Source of the DNA: Candidatus Peribacterales bacterium
GTDB lineage: Bacteria > Patescibacteriota > Gracilibacteria > Peribacterales > Peribacteraceae
Assembly: GCA_035289645.1 (NCBI GenBank)
Contig: DATDWL010000012.1
Location: forward strand, 1,818-65,817
Reading direction: 5' to 3'
DNA length: 64,000 nt
How positions within the stretch are numbered: the first letter of the stretch is position 1; the number at the start of each line of letters is the position of its first letter. Both the position numbers and the translations under genes were made by a program. The notes beneath the pieces are model-generated. The model searched no databases, was not told the origin of the DNA, and saw nothing but the letters and a program-made list of their open reading frames with translations. Of the stretch, positions 1-9,014 are shown one piece after another.

Positions 1-2
1 CC

Positions 3-653
3 CTCCGCGCGCTCCTCGCGCGCGAGGATGTTCGATACTTCCTCCAGAGCATTCGCGGAATATCGCCGGTGCCGGGCATCGGCAATCTCGCACAGAGAGA
101 TACCGGCAGCACTTATAACGTTCTCACACAACGACTCCGCTCGTTCGTCACAAACCTCACCGGAGAAACAGTGCTAGAACAATCAGAAAGCACTCTCTAT
201 GCGACAAGACTCTCGCTCGGAGAGGATCCGAAGACGTACGTGGTCGAGGAGCTTCGCATTGCTCTGCGCGGACCCGGTGGCATTCCACTCGCGAACGCTC
301 CCGCGACGCTCTTCTCGACTCCGAAGAAAACAATTTCCGATGCGGAAGGCATTGCAGAGTTCCAGAATGTCGAAACGGGAGAGCATGAGCTCGAAGTACG
401 AGTGAATGATTCCTTCATCATTCACCGCAAGGTGACTCTGGATGCACCGGATGGATTAACCATAGATCCAAACGTGCCCGTGGATGTCCTTCTGCCGATT
501 GTGAATGTCGTCGTGGAAGATATCGGTCATGGCGCTGCACCGGAAGAGCTTTCATCACTCAGAACTCAGCGCGAGATCCTCCTCGTGATATTGGGATTGA
601 TGCTCTGCACGTTAGGAATTCTCATCCATCGCAGGAAAAAGTACGAGCTATAA
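3..653 (+). CDS. Surface protein, 5'-truncated at window edge; carboxypeptidase-regulatory-like beta-sandwich domain, C-terminal TM helix with basic tail
   Basis: The frame is open from nt 3 up to the GTG at 69, so the ORF probably enters from upstream. Segment TISDAEGIAEFQNVETGEHELEV resembles CarboxypepD_reg-type domains. C-terminus ILLVILGLMLCTLGILIHRRKK is a TM anchor. Confidence 0.5.
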   Translation, partial: LRALLAREDVRYFLQSIRGISPVPGIGNLAQRDTGSTYNVLTQRLRSFVTNLTGETVLEQSESTLYATRLSLGEDPKTYVVEELRIALRGPGGIPLANAPATLFSTPKKTISDAEGIAEFQNVETGEHELEVRVNDSFIIHRKVTLDAPDGLTIDPNVPVDVLLPIVNVVVEDIGHGAAPEELSSLRTQREILLVILGLMLCTLGILIHRRKKYEL

Positions 654-865
654 AAAAATTTGTTGCACAAACGCTTTTTGAATATCGATGTATAAAAACA
701 TGACAGCCTCTTCGACGTTACTATCGAACCAAAGAAATGGAGTAATGGTTGACATGCGAACAGCATGGAAGACAACGACGTTCGTAAGAACTTACAAAAA
801 AGCCCCGAGCGGCATGCGCAGGGGGATATAAAGTGAATGAATACGAAGATCAGATGAAAAACATT

Positions 866-1381
866 CTAGAAGGTATCAGGTGCATATGTACACTTTATCG
901 GATCTTGGAATACCTTAGGATCCGTTTTACCATTCAAAGTATTCTCATCTTTTTGGGCATTACTGCATTGATCCGTATCCATTCGAAAACCTTTCGTCGT
1001 TTTTACCGTGCACGTATACTTCGACGTTGTTCCCTGTCTAGCGCATGATACACTTTTTGTTCCAGGCTTAACTGGTTGAATTTTTACAGCAAGTGCTTTT
1101 GCCTCTTCTTTACTGGTCGCTTCCACATCCTTGATCACTCTTATCCATACACACGTGCAAGTTCCTCTACCAATTCCTTGTGCCATATCATCCTCGGACA
1201 TGGTATCCGGATCACTTATAAAACTTGTGTCATCATCAACAAATTCTTCGGAAGACATTGTGTCGGATGGCGATGACAACGTGGCATCGGAATTGATGAT
1301 TGTACTGTCATCCGCAAAGACGGTCATCGACTGAGCAGCAACCAAGACGGCTCCGGCCATCAAAATCAAACGGAAGTTCAT
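866..1381 (-). CDS. Hypothetical secreted protein
   Basis: 171-aa ORF. N-terminus MNFRLILMAGAVLVAAQSMTVFA looks like a Sec signal peptide. It has an acidic Ser/Asp-rich region and then a Cys-containing domain. No family recognised. Confidence 0.5.
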   Translation of the reverse strand: MNFRLILMAGAVLVAAQSMTVFADDSTIINSDATLSSPSDTMSSEEFVDDDTSFISDPDTMSEDDMAQGIGRGTCTCVWIRVIKDVEATSKEEAKALAVKIQPVKPGTKSVSCARQGTTSKYTCTVKTTKGFRMDTDQCSNAQKDENTLNGKTDPKVFQDPIKCTYAPDTF

Positions 1382-1495
1382 AGAATTTGAAGGAAGAAAT
1401 AGGAGGTGATATTAATACTAATTAATGTATTAGTCAAGTATTGCATTATATATATAATATGATATAACAGCATTGTTCCTCCTTTCCCCTTTTTT

Positions 1496-2626
1496 ATGCA
1501 AAAGCACTCTCTGCAGTTCATTACCATCGTAGCTCTTGCCGTTCTAAGCATCTTCCTGCTTCCGCATGGGGCTCATCTCGAGCCTGTATCCGCCCAAGAG
1601 ACACAGCTCGTAAAACCGGATCTCTCTGTAATAAAGACTGCACCTGCCACTGTTTCGTGGGATGGAATGTATAGCGTCACCTACAGGGTGACAAACCTCG
1701 GCGCTAAGGTAGCACAAGCAAACATGATGGAACCGTATTCCTCCGGCATGACGAATGATCTGACACACGTGTTCATTCCGACGCCTATCACCTTTGCGAG
1801 CCTGAGCGGACCGACGAATCGCGTGAGTTGCGGACGCTTCGGCGGCAACATGCGCTGCCTCTTTATGAAAGGAATAGAGGCAGGCGAGACATTGGAGTTT
1901 TCCCTGCTCTACGAAGTGCTCAAGCGCCCCGTACAGTGCGATGCCATGACGACAACGGCCCCGGCACAAATTCTTCCGGGCATGAACTTTGCGGTATCGA
2001 TCCAATCCAGCCTGAATACCGATGCAAACCCTGCCGATAATACGAGTGGCGCGACACAGGTACGAATCGACTGCACATCTATTGCGGGCGATTTACAGAC
2101 GGAGATCACGGGGCCATCTGCAATCACCGCAGGAGAACAAGCGGAATACATCATCACTCTTCGCAATGTCGGCACAACGACTTCGGCCATGGTTCCTGTG
2201 CAAATTTCCGTACCGCGCGTGGGGTACGATCTCCTCGGCGCACAAAGCATTGAGCCGGGTGGAATATGCAGCAGAGTGCGCGACGATGCCGTATATCAGA
2301 TGACCTGCAGTAACCCGACTGTACGCCTTGCCCCCGCGCAATCCGTGAGTTTCAAAATTCAGGTTCGCGCACGCAGTGCGGACTGTACCAGCGATCAAAT
2401 CACTGCACTCATCAATAAATCATTGCACACGCCGATGGTGAGTTTGAGTGAAATTTACGATGCAAATGATGCAAATAATGCTGCATCCCTTGGCGTCAGC
2501 TGCCTTCCTTCATCGTCATCGTCTTCTTCCACATCGTCTTCAAGTACCTCTTCTTCAAGTTCTTCATCCTCGTCGACTGCTTCATCGAGCTCCTCTTCTT
2601 CGTGCAAGTTTTGGTGTCGGCGGTAA
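1496..2626 (+). CDS. Secreted DUF11-type repeat protein with C-terminal poly-Ser tract
   Basis: Hydrophobic N-terminus. LSVIKTAPATVSWDGMYSVTYRVTNLG and LQTEITGPSAITAGEQAEYIITLRNVG fit the DUF11 conserved-repeat pattern. A ~35-residue Ser-rich tract is followed by CKFWCRR. Confidence 0.6.
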   Translation: MQKHSLQFITIVALAVLSIFLLPHGAHLEPVSAQETQLVKPDLSVIKTAPATVSWDGMYSVTYRVTNLGAKVAQANMMEPYSSGMTNDLTHVFIPTPITFASLSGPTNRVSCGRFGGNMRCLFMKGIEAGETLEFSLLYEVLKRPVQCDAMTTTAPAQILPGMNFAVSIQSSLNTDANPADNTSGATQVRIDCTSIAGDLQTEITGPSAITAGEQAEYIITLRNVGTTTSAMVPVQISVPRVGYDLLGAQSIEPGGICSRVRDDAVYQMTCSNPTVRLAPAQSVSFKIQVRARSADCTSDQITALINKSLHTPMVSLSEIYDANDANNAASLGVSCLPSSSSSSSTSSSSTSSSSSSSSSTASSSSSSSCKFWCRR

Positions 2627-2658
2627 TCAATGAAAGATTAGGAGAGACAATGACAAAT

Positions 2659-2682
2659 GCGCCCCGAGAGGGGCGCTTTTTT
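2659..2682 (+). terminator. Rho-independent terminator
   Basis: GCGCCCC-GAGA-GGGGCGC perfect 7-bp stem followed by TTTTTT, 33 nt after the stop at 2626. Confidence 0.8.
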
Positions 2683-2742
2683 GGCTGGGTCATCGATTTT
2701 GTGTGGCTCTGCAGACTGGGTGTTTTCAGAACTGCGTAGGCT

Positions 2743-3375
2743 TTATGACTCTCTTTCAAATCGTAGACTCGCCCCTCCTGTTTTTGGACTTGGAGGTGGA
2801 TCCTCGGACTCGTCATCTCCAAAGTTCTGATTATTTTCAGTTTCTCTTGCCTGAGAATCTTCGTACATAGCTGCTGCATACAACATCCATCCAATGGTAG
2901 AAATGATATAACCGTAATTGGTACTGTTCAGTTTTTCAGTTGGCGGTCTCTGCGACGAAAGATAATCATCGAAATGCTGATCATGAGAATAGGAGGCAGG
3001 ACCAACAGCAAGTAATCGAGGGTGCTGTCCATATTTGATAATCTCATTGCGGGGAATTTTGTAGAAACGCTGCATACCGGACCGAATCAAGCTTTGATGT
3101 TTCACCAAATACTCGTCCAACTCCTTAGCGACTTCTTCACGATGTGTGTTTGCATGATCGGAAATGTATCTTGAAACTTCCCATAAAGCATCGGGTGAAA
3201 ATTCGCCATGTTCCAGCGCGCTTCTTGTCTGTTCACGGAATAAGTCGCTGGCAGTCCAAATAGCAAGATGTTTCAAGCCATCATTTTTCCCTGGAGCACT
3301 CTCACGCTTATAAATATGACTTCGTGTTTCCTCTGGCATCCCTTGGTAGTTCGAAGGCCCGTACGGTCGAATCAT
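2743..3375 (-). CDS. Hypothetical protein
   Basis: 210-aa ORF with no overlapping competitor of similar length. No family recognised. Confidence 0.4.
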   Translation of the reverse strand: MIRPYGPSNYQGMPEETRSHIYKRESAPGKNDGLKHLAIWTASDLFREQTRSALEHGEFSPDALWEVSRYISDHANTHREEVAKELDEYLVKHQSLIRSGMQRFYKIPRNEIIKYGQHPRLLAVGPASYSHDQHFDDYLSSQRPPTEKLNSTNYGYIISTIGWMLYAAAMYEDSQARETENNQNFGDDESEDPPPSPKTGGASLRFERES

Positions 3376-3411
3376 ATGTATTATTATAACAAATTTATAT
3401 TATTTAGTCTA

Positions 3412-3486
3412 TGGCTCCCGGGGTCGGGATCGAACCGACGACCAATGCGTTAACAGCGCACTGCTCTACCGCTGAGCTACCCGGGA
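3412..3486 (-). tRNA. tRNA-Asn (GTT), CCA encoded
   Basis: The reverse complement folds as a cloverleaf: acceptor TCCCGGG/CCCGGGA, D arm GCTC..GAGC, anticodon stem GTGCG/CGCAT with loop CTGTTAA, T arm GTCGG-TTCGATC-CCGAC, then G-CCA. Confidence 0.9.
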
Positions 3487-3597
3487 AGATGATGAGATAA
3501 AGATCAGATATGAAGAAAAGAGCAAATGAGCTTTTCCTCTAGCCATTATCTATCATCCAACCCCAATTCTCAATTCTTAATTCTTTATTCTTACGGC

Positions 3598-4731
3598 TCA
3601 TCCAAACCAGCCGACACTCCCCTTCTTCTTTGTCACTTTCACCTTCTTGAGGCTTTCTGGGTCTTCTGCAAACTCCTCTCCAGTCTCCCTTTCCAGCACT
3701 CCCTCCGAAATCAAACGGGCGATATCGCGATCCACCGTAATCATGCCCTCCTGTGCCGATGTTTGAATAACGTTCTGGAGTTCGGCCACACGGTTATCGC
3801 GGATGATGTTCGCAACCGCCGGAGAATTTAAAAGCACTTCGCGGACGGCAACACGGCCGCCATCTTTCCTCGGTACAAGCCGCTGAGCGATGACAGCCCT
3901 TAAAGTCATACTGAGCTGCGTACGAATCTGCGACTGCTGATGGGGCGGGAAGACGTCGATGATACGATCAACGGTTTGCGCCGCATTATTCGTATGGAGC
4001 GTTCCAAAAACAAGATGTCCGGTTTCCGCAAGAGTAAGCGCTGCGGCAATGGTTTCCAGATCGCGCATTTCACCAACGAGAATGACATCGGGGTCTTGGC
4101 GTAGGACGCGCCTCATCGCTTCGCCGAACGAGAGGAAGTCTGTTCCAAATTGTCGCTGGCGGATGAGCGCTCTCTTTGCGTGATACATAAACTCCACCGG
4201 ATCTTCGAGCGTGACAATATGGAGCGGGCGTTCTTTGTTGATCTCTTCGATCATGGAAGCAAGGGTCGTCGACTTTCCAGAACCTGTCGGTCCAGTTGCA
4301 AGAACAATGCCACGATCGAGATGAATGAGTTCCCGTACCACGATCGGCATGTGGATATCCTCCATGCTCGGGATAACATCGGGAATGACGCGGGCGACAA
4401 ATCCCATATGCTCCCTTTCAAAATGGCAGTTCACGCGAAAACGCATTCCGCCGGTTATCTGGTACGAAAGATCGATTTCCCTCTCTCGTTCAAATCTCTC
4501 GACCTGCGGCGCCTTTAAGATGCTGCGCACCATTTGTTCGATATCCGTTGGTGTGAGTAAAGGAATTTCGGCCTCCAGTGCTGCATCTCGTTTCGCTTTT
4601 GGATCGATACCAATGGGCAAGATTATTCCATCCACGCGCATCAGCGGCGGCTTTCCTACGGCAAGATGAATATCGGATGCACCAACAGCACTTGCCTTCT
4701 CTAGGAGAACGTCGAGGATTTTTGATATCAC
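3598..4731 (-). CDS. pilT: Type IV pilus retraction ATPase PilT
   Basis: N-terminus ASDIHLAVGKPPLMRVDG, Walker A GPTGSGKSTT, and VGEMRDLETI..TGHLVFGTLHTN are typical of the PilT/PilU family. Length 377 aa. Confidence 0.9.
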   Translation of the reverse strand: MISKILDVLLEKASAVGASDIHLAVGKPPLMRVDGIILPIGIDPKAKRDAALEAEIPLLTPTDIEQMVRSILKAPQVERFEREREIDLSYQITGGMRFRVNCHFEREHMGFVARVIPDVIPSMEDIHMPIVVRELIHLDRGIVLATGPTGSGKSTTLASMIEEINKERPLHIVTLEDPVEFMYHAKRALIRQRQFGTDFLSFGEAMRRVLRQDPDVILVGEMRDLETIAAALTLAETGHLVFGTLHTNNAAQTVDRIIDVFPPHQQSQIRTQLSMTLRAVIAQRLVPRKDGGRVAVREVLLNSPAVANIIRDNRVAELQNVIQTSAQEGMITVDRDIARLISEGVLERETGEEFAEDPESLKKVKVTKKKGSVGWFG

Positions 4732-4751
4732 GTAGATATTATAGCAGATTT

Positions 4752-5048
4752 TTACCGTTTAGAAAAGACGCGGATTTGCTTCTGCTTCGCAGTTTCCCCG
4801 CACAGAATTTCCACGTATCCCCGGGGCACTCCGAACTCCTCCGCAAGAAATCTAATGAGCTCATGATTTGCCTTCCCTTTTTCCGGTGGCGCTGCGATAT
4901 CTATCTTGATTGTTCCATCTTCCATGCATTCTTTGATGTGCGTACGAGATGCACTCGGATGGATCTTCACCCAAAAGAGAATGGCGCCATCGGTACCGCA
5001 TCGCTGAATGAGATGCGCCATCAGTGATGGAGAGGACTGATTACTCAT
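4752..5048 (-). CDS. DUF167 (YggU) family protein
   Basis: IKIDIAAPPEKGKANHELIRFLAEEFGVPRGYVEILCGETAKQKQIRV matches the YggU pattern. Start placed at the ATG forming an ATGA overlap with the trmD stop (5045-5048). The ORF track starts at 5072. Confidence 0.7.
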   Translation of the reverse strand: MSNQSSPSLMAHLIQRCGTDGAILFWVKIHPSASRTHIKECMEDGTIKIDIAAPPEKGKANHELIRFLAEEFGVPRGYVEILCGETAKQKQIRVFSKR

Positions 5049-5698
5049 GGGATCAGATGATCTTTCCTCCACTTCTCAATCTCCGCATGATTGCCGGAAA
5101 GGAGCACATCCGGAACATTAAATCCGCGGAATTCTTCCGGCCTCGTGTAGTGTGGATATTCGCGTTTGCGATCAAGTGCCGGCGAAAAACTTTCTTGAGC
5201 AGATGATTCATCTTTGCCAAGTACTCCCGGAATCTGCCGGGCAATGGCATCGATCAATACCATCGCAGGGAGCTCTCCCCCGGTGAGGACATAGTCGCCG
5301 ATTGAAAGTTCTTCATCGATGTATCCGCCATCGATGATGCGTTGATCGATTCCTTCGTAGCGGCCGCAGAGGAGGAGCAACCATGGATGCCGCGCGAGCT
5401 CTTCCACTTTTTCCTGCGTAAGCCTCTTGCCGCGAGGAGAGAGGTACATGCGATGAGGTTTGCCATCAGAAAGCATCACCGACTCAATCGCCGGCACCAC
5501 GACATCCGCTCTCATCACCATTCCTGCACCGCCTCCATATGGCGAATCATCAACCTGACGGTAGCTCCCAAGGCCAAATTCCTTCAAATCATGGAAACGG
5601 ATATCGATGAGATCTTGTTCCTGCGCACGCTTAAGAATGCTCTCCGTGAGAGGACCCTGGAACATAGCCGGGAAGAGTGTAATGACATCAATGCGCAT
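5045..5698 (-). CDS. trmD: tRNA (guanine37-N1)-methyltransferase
   Basis: MRIDVITLFPAMFQGPL.. N-terminus, YGGGAGMVM motif and SIGDYVLTGGELPAMVLIDA knot region. Confidence 0.92.
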   Translation of the reverse strand: MRIDVITLFPAMFQGPLTESILKRAQEQDLIDIRFHDLKEFGLGSYRQVDDSPYGGGAGMVMRADVVVPAIESVMLSDGKPHRMYLSPRGKRLTQEKVEELARHPWLLLLCGRYEGIDQRIIDGGYIDEELSIGDYVLTGGELPAMVLIDAIARQIPGVLGKDESSAQESFSPALDRKREYPHYTRPEEFRGFNVPDVLLSGNHAEIEKWRKDHLIP

Positions 5699-5799
5699 CG
5701 GAGGATTGTGACTAACACGCGTATCTTATTGTTCTTTCCGCCAAACGCTAATCACTAATCGCTTTTTCTCTCGCATTATCTCTGATAGCCTTTCCTTAT

Positions 5800-6777
5800 A
5801 TGAAACTCCGCCAACTCTTTGATATAGCAATCGAAGCCGGAATCGAATCCGATCCTCGCTCCAAAGACACCATAAGAAAAGAGCTCAAGCGCGTGGATGA
5901 GCGGCATAAACGGATGGAGGGAAAGGAACGCGAGCACATCGATCACGAACGGACATGGAATCCATACCTCGATTCGCGCATCTTAAACGGTACAGGAAAG
6001 GAAGAAGTGAAATATTTGATGATCGGCATCGACATAGAAACATCGGAGCTTTTGCTTGCGGATGAGCTGCGGAGGCGCGGCACAAAAATCGATGCAGTCA
6101 TGTGCCATCATCCGGAAGGTCGTGCGCTTGCGGATCTGGAGAAAGTTATGCATGTACAGATCGACGTCCTTGCGAAGTGCGGCGTTGCGGAAAATCGTGC
6201 AGAAGGATTACTGAGACCGCGGATGGATAAGATTTGGCGGAATATCCATGCGGATAATTTGTTCCGTGTTGAGCGCGCCGCCGAACTCCTCGATATCCCC
6301 TTCTTCGGCTGCCATACAATTACCGATAATTTAGTGTGGGCATTCATGGAAAAGGAAATCTGCCAGAAAAAATTCGATTCGGTGGGTGAGATCATGAACG
6401 CTCTCCTTGAGATTCCAGAGTATGCGGCCTATGCAAAAAAAGGGAATCCTCCGATCCTCGTAAACGGCAACAAAGAAGGTCGACCGGGGAAAATTTTCGC
6501 CAATGAATTTACGGGGGGGACCAATGGACCGGAGGAACTCATGAAGCTTCAGGCGGAAGCGGGAGTCGGAACAGTACTTTCCATGCACGCGACCGAAAAA
6601 ACACTAGAAATAGCAAAAGAACACAATGTGAATATTATCCAATGCTCACATATGGCAAGTGATGCGCTTGGTGTGAACCTCCTCGTCGATATTTGGCAAA
6701 AGAAGGGTGCAAAACTCCATATCTTGCCCATTTCTGGGTATATAAGGGTGGAGAGGAAGGGGCTGAGAGGAAAGTAA
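5800..6777 (+). CDS. NIF3-like dinuclear metal-centre family protein
   Basis: CHHPEG and GCHTITDN motifs resemble the HHP and HTxxD metal ligands of the NIF3/YbgI family. Assignment by motif only. Confidence 0.55.
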   Translation: MKLRQLFDIAIEAGIESDPRSKDTIRKELKRVDERHKRMEGKEREHIDHERTWNPYLDSRILNGTGKEEVKYLMIGIDIETSELLLADELRRRGTKIDAVMCHHPEGRALADLEKVMHVQIDVLAKCGVAENRAEGLLRPRMDKIWRNIHADNLFRVERAAELLDIPFFGCHTITDNLVWAFMEKEICQKKFDSVGEIMNALLEIPEYAAYAKKGNPPILVNGNKEGRPGKIFANEFTGGTNGPEELMKLQAEAGVGTVLSMHATEKTLEIAKEHNVNIIQCSHMASDALGVNLLVDIWQKKGAKLHILPISGYIRVERKGLRGK

Positions 6778-6910
6778 GGGGTGTAAGGAAAATAACGAAA
6801 GTAGATGATTGAGGTTGATTAAACTTCACTTCTCTCCCGTATCTTCCTCACCCTCTCTACTCCCACAAATCTCTTCAAAATTCTCCCCGCTTCTGCTACA
6901 ATACTTCGAG

Positions 6911-7243
6911 ATGAATATCGACCCTCACACAATCCAACAAATACTCATTCGCATCCGCGAACAGCTCCGCTGCCCACAGTGTCGCAAGCATGTGGATATA
7001 AGTATCGAAGGACTGAAAGTCCTTAACGATAATTTTGCAGTGATGCAGGCACAATGCCCAACATGCGATGCGCACATCATGTTGCACGCAACAATTGCAG
7101 TCGTTGCAAAACAGGATGGAGAAAAAGGCGTAGGAAAAAATGCCTCAACAAATCTCATGGTCGATGTCGATGAAATTACGGAGCTTAAAAAGAGTTTGCA
7201 AAGCAGCAACGGATCTTTTTCCAAGATTTTCGGCAATCCCTAA
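6911..7243 (+). CDS. Hypothetical zinc-ribbon protein
   Basis: CPQC..(27 aa)..CPTC pattern. ATG at 6911 preferred over the upstream start at 6809, whose N-terminus is low-complexity. Confidence 0.4.
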   Translation: MNIDPHTIQQILIRIREQLRCPQCRKHVDISIEGLKVLNDNFAVMQAQCPTCDAHIMLHATIAVVAKQDGEKGVGKNASTNLMVDVDEITELKKSLQSSNGSFSKIFGNP

Positions 7244-7323
7244 GTCTCGCACTGCGGCATCTTTCGATCCCCTCACACACTAAAAATACCAATCTGACCC
7301 TACGCATTCCCTTCCCGTTTCCC

Positions 7324-7686
7324 ATGCACTATTTCATCCTCGCAATCGCGCTTGCATCTATTCTCCTCATTGGCTGTTCCATTGGCGGATCGGTAGAGGA
7401 ACGGCAGAAACGGGCACAAGACATCCTCGATTCCACGACGGCGAATATCACTGCGGGAATCGATGAAGCGAAGGAGGCCGCGGGAGAATTACACTCGGAA
7501 ATCACCAATACGTCTATCACCATCGAATCCGCTGCAACACAATTAGGAAAAACCGCACAGGGCGTTCAGAAAGGTGTGGAGAAAATCGGCACAGCGTTAA
7601 AAATAGGAAAGGAGGGTGTGAATGAGGTGCGCAACACCATTCAAACGCCGGATGCACAATCTTCATCGGAGGATTCGGCAGAATGA
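7324..7686 (+). CDS. Putative lipoprotein
   Basis: MHYFILAIALASILLIGCSIGG carries a lipobox-like LIGC after a hydrophobic segment. Confidence 0.5.
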   Translation: MHYFILAIALASILLIGCSIGGSVEERQKRAQDILDSTTANITAGIDEAKEAAGELHSEITNTSITIESAATQLGKTAQGVQKGVEKIGTALKIGKEGVNEVRNTIQTPDAQSSSEDSAE

Positions 7687-7705
7687 TAGTGATACAGTGC
7701 GCACT

Positions 7706-8221
7706 ATGCGCGCATGGCACGCCCCTCTGGAACAAACAGGTTTCACATTGTTGGAGCTTCTTATGGTTGTGGGACTCATTGCAATTCTTGCGGGAATCGT
7801 CATTGTCGCTATCAATCCCACGAAACAACTTGGGAGCACGCGGGATGCAAAACGACGCGCAGAGGTGAATTCCATCCTCAATGCGATTTCGCAATATGCC
7901 ATTGATCACGGTGGCACATTCCCTTGCGATCCTTCGGGATCCCCTTGCGTCGATTCCACGTGGCGCATGCTGGGGAACCAAAGCACCGGATGCGATGAAG
8001 ATTCAACGTGCAATGTCTCCGGCATTGCATCCGCCTGCCTCTTTCTCCGATCGCTCTCCGGCACGTATGTAACAACAATGCCGGGAGATCCGCGTTACGG
8101 CAGCGGCAATGCGCTCTCCGCGAACAGCAAATCTCTTTATCTCGTACAAACCGTCGGAGATCGCATCACCGTACAAGCATGCAAAGCGGAAGTTGATGGG
8201 ATAAGTTCAGTGAGCCGCTAG
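7706..8221 (+). CDS. Type IV pilin / pseudopilin (prepilin-type N-terminal cleavage-methylation domain)
   Basis: MRAWHAPLEQTG|FTLLELLMVVGLIAILAGIVIVAI is the class III signal (G/FTLxE plus hydrophobic helix). ATG at 7706 chosen because the longer ORF (7622) overlaps the preceding gene. Confidence 0.75.
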   Translation: MRAWHAPLEQTGFTLLELLMVVGLIAILAGIVIVAINPTKQLGSTRDAKRRAEVNSILNAISQYAIDHGGTFPCDPSGSPCVDSTWRMLGNQSTGCDEDSTCNVSGIASACLFLRSLSGTYVTTMPGDPRYGSGNALSANSKSLYLVQTVGDRITVQACKAEVDGISSVSR

Positions 8222-8238
8222 TACACTATACTGTCCCC

Positions 8239-9003
8239 ATGGAACGGAAAGGCATTCTCGGCGTACCAATCGATATTCTTTCCAAAGATGATGCCATTCG
8301 CCACGTCACGGCTTTCTGCAGAAGCCAAGGACAATTCCACATTGCTACACCGAATCCGGAAATGCTGGTGGAGGCCACAAAAAATCCTCAATTCAAAAAT
8401 GTTCTCCAGCGCACGTCGCTGAATATTCCAGATGGTATAGGACTCGTATGGGCAATGAAACGAGGGCAATGCGGAGCGACTCAACCCACCCGCATCACCG
8501 GCACCGATCTCCTCCAAAGAATCGCATCATCAGAATCACGTTTGTGTCCTCCGGAAAAAATATTTTTACTCGGTGCTGCCCCCGGCATCGCAGAGCGAGC
8601 TGCCGACGCATTGCGTGTGCTGAATCCTTCAATCAAAGAAATCGGTGTATGGAGTGGATCGCCGAGTAAAGCGGATGAAGAAGAAATTGTTCGCCGCATC
8701 AATGCCTTCTCCCCAACACTCCTCTTTGTTGCATTTGGCGCCCCGGCGCAGGATCTTTGGATTGCACGCAATCTCACAAAGCTGCCATGCATTAAAATCG
8801 CCATGGGAGTGGGCGGAGCGTTCGATTTTCTCGCAGGGAAGAGGAGAAGAGCACCACAATGGATGCAGAAAGGCGGCATCGAATGGCTCTGGAGACTCGC
8901 CTGCGAGCCGCGGAGAATCGGGAGGATCTTGAATGCCGTGATTGTTTTCCCGTTGCTTGTTCTCACGGAAAAAAAACGTCATCGTGAGGATTGCTCACGA
9001 TGA
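8239..9003 (+). CDS. WecB/TagA/CpsF family glycosyltransferase
   Basis: ILGVPIDILSKDDAIRHV..HIATPNPEMLVEA..QDLWIA.. matches the family pattern. Length 254 aa. Confidence 0.8.
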   Translation: MERKGILGVPIDILSKDDAIRHVTAFCRSQGQFHIATPNPEMLVEATKNPQFKNVLQRTSLNIPDGIGLVWAMKRGQCGATQPTRITGTDLLQRIASSESRLCPPEKIFLLGAAPGIAERAADALRVLNPSIKEIGVWSGSPSKADEEEIVRRINAFSPTLLFVAFGAPAQDLWIARNLTKLPCIKIAMGVGGAFDFLAGKRRRAPQWMQKGGIEWLWRLACEPRRIGRILNAVIVFPLLVLTEKKRHREDCSR

Positions 9004-9014
9004 CGTGATCTGTA

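Noticed and set aside
2504-2623. Ser-codon-rich tract, considered as a microsatellite or phase-variable repeat.
   Set aside because: The codons are mixed (TCA/TCG/TCT/TCC/AGT/AGC) with no exact tandem unit. It reads as a coding poly-Ser linker within the DUF11 protein.
6809-7243. Longer N-terminal extensions offered by the ORF track (6809, 7622, 28176, 36488, 39201, 47082, 49540, 24011 and others).
   Set aside because: The extensions overlap the preceding gene or start at non-ATG codons and encode non-conserved sequence. Internal ATGs that coincide with the conserved N-termini (for example MSRIGKKPVPVP for L6) were preferred.
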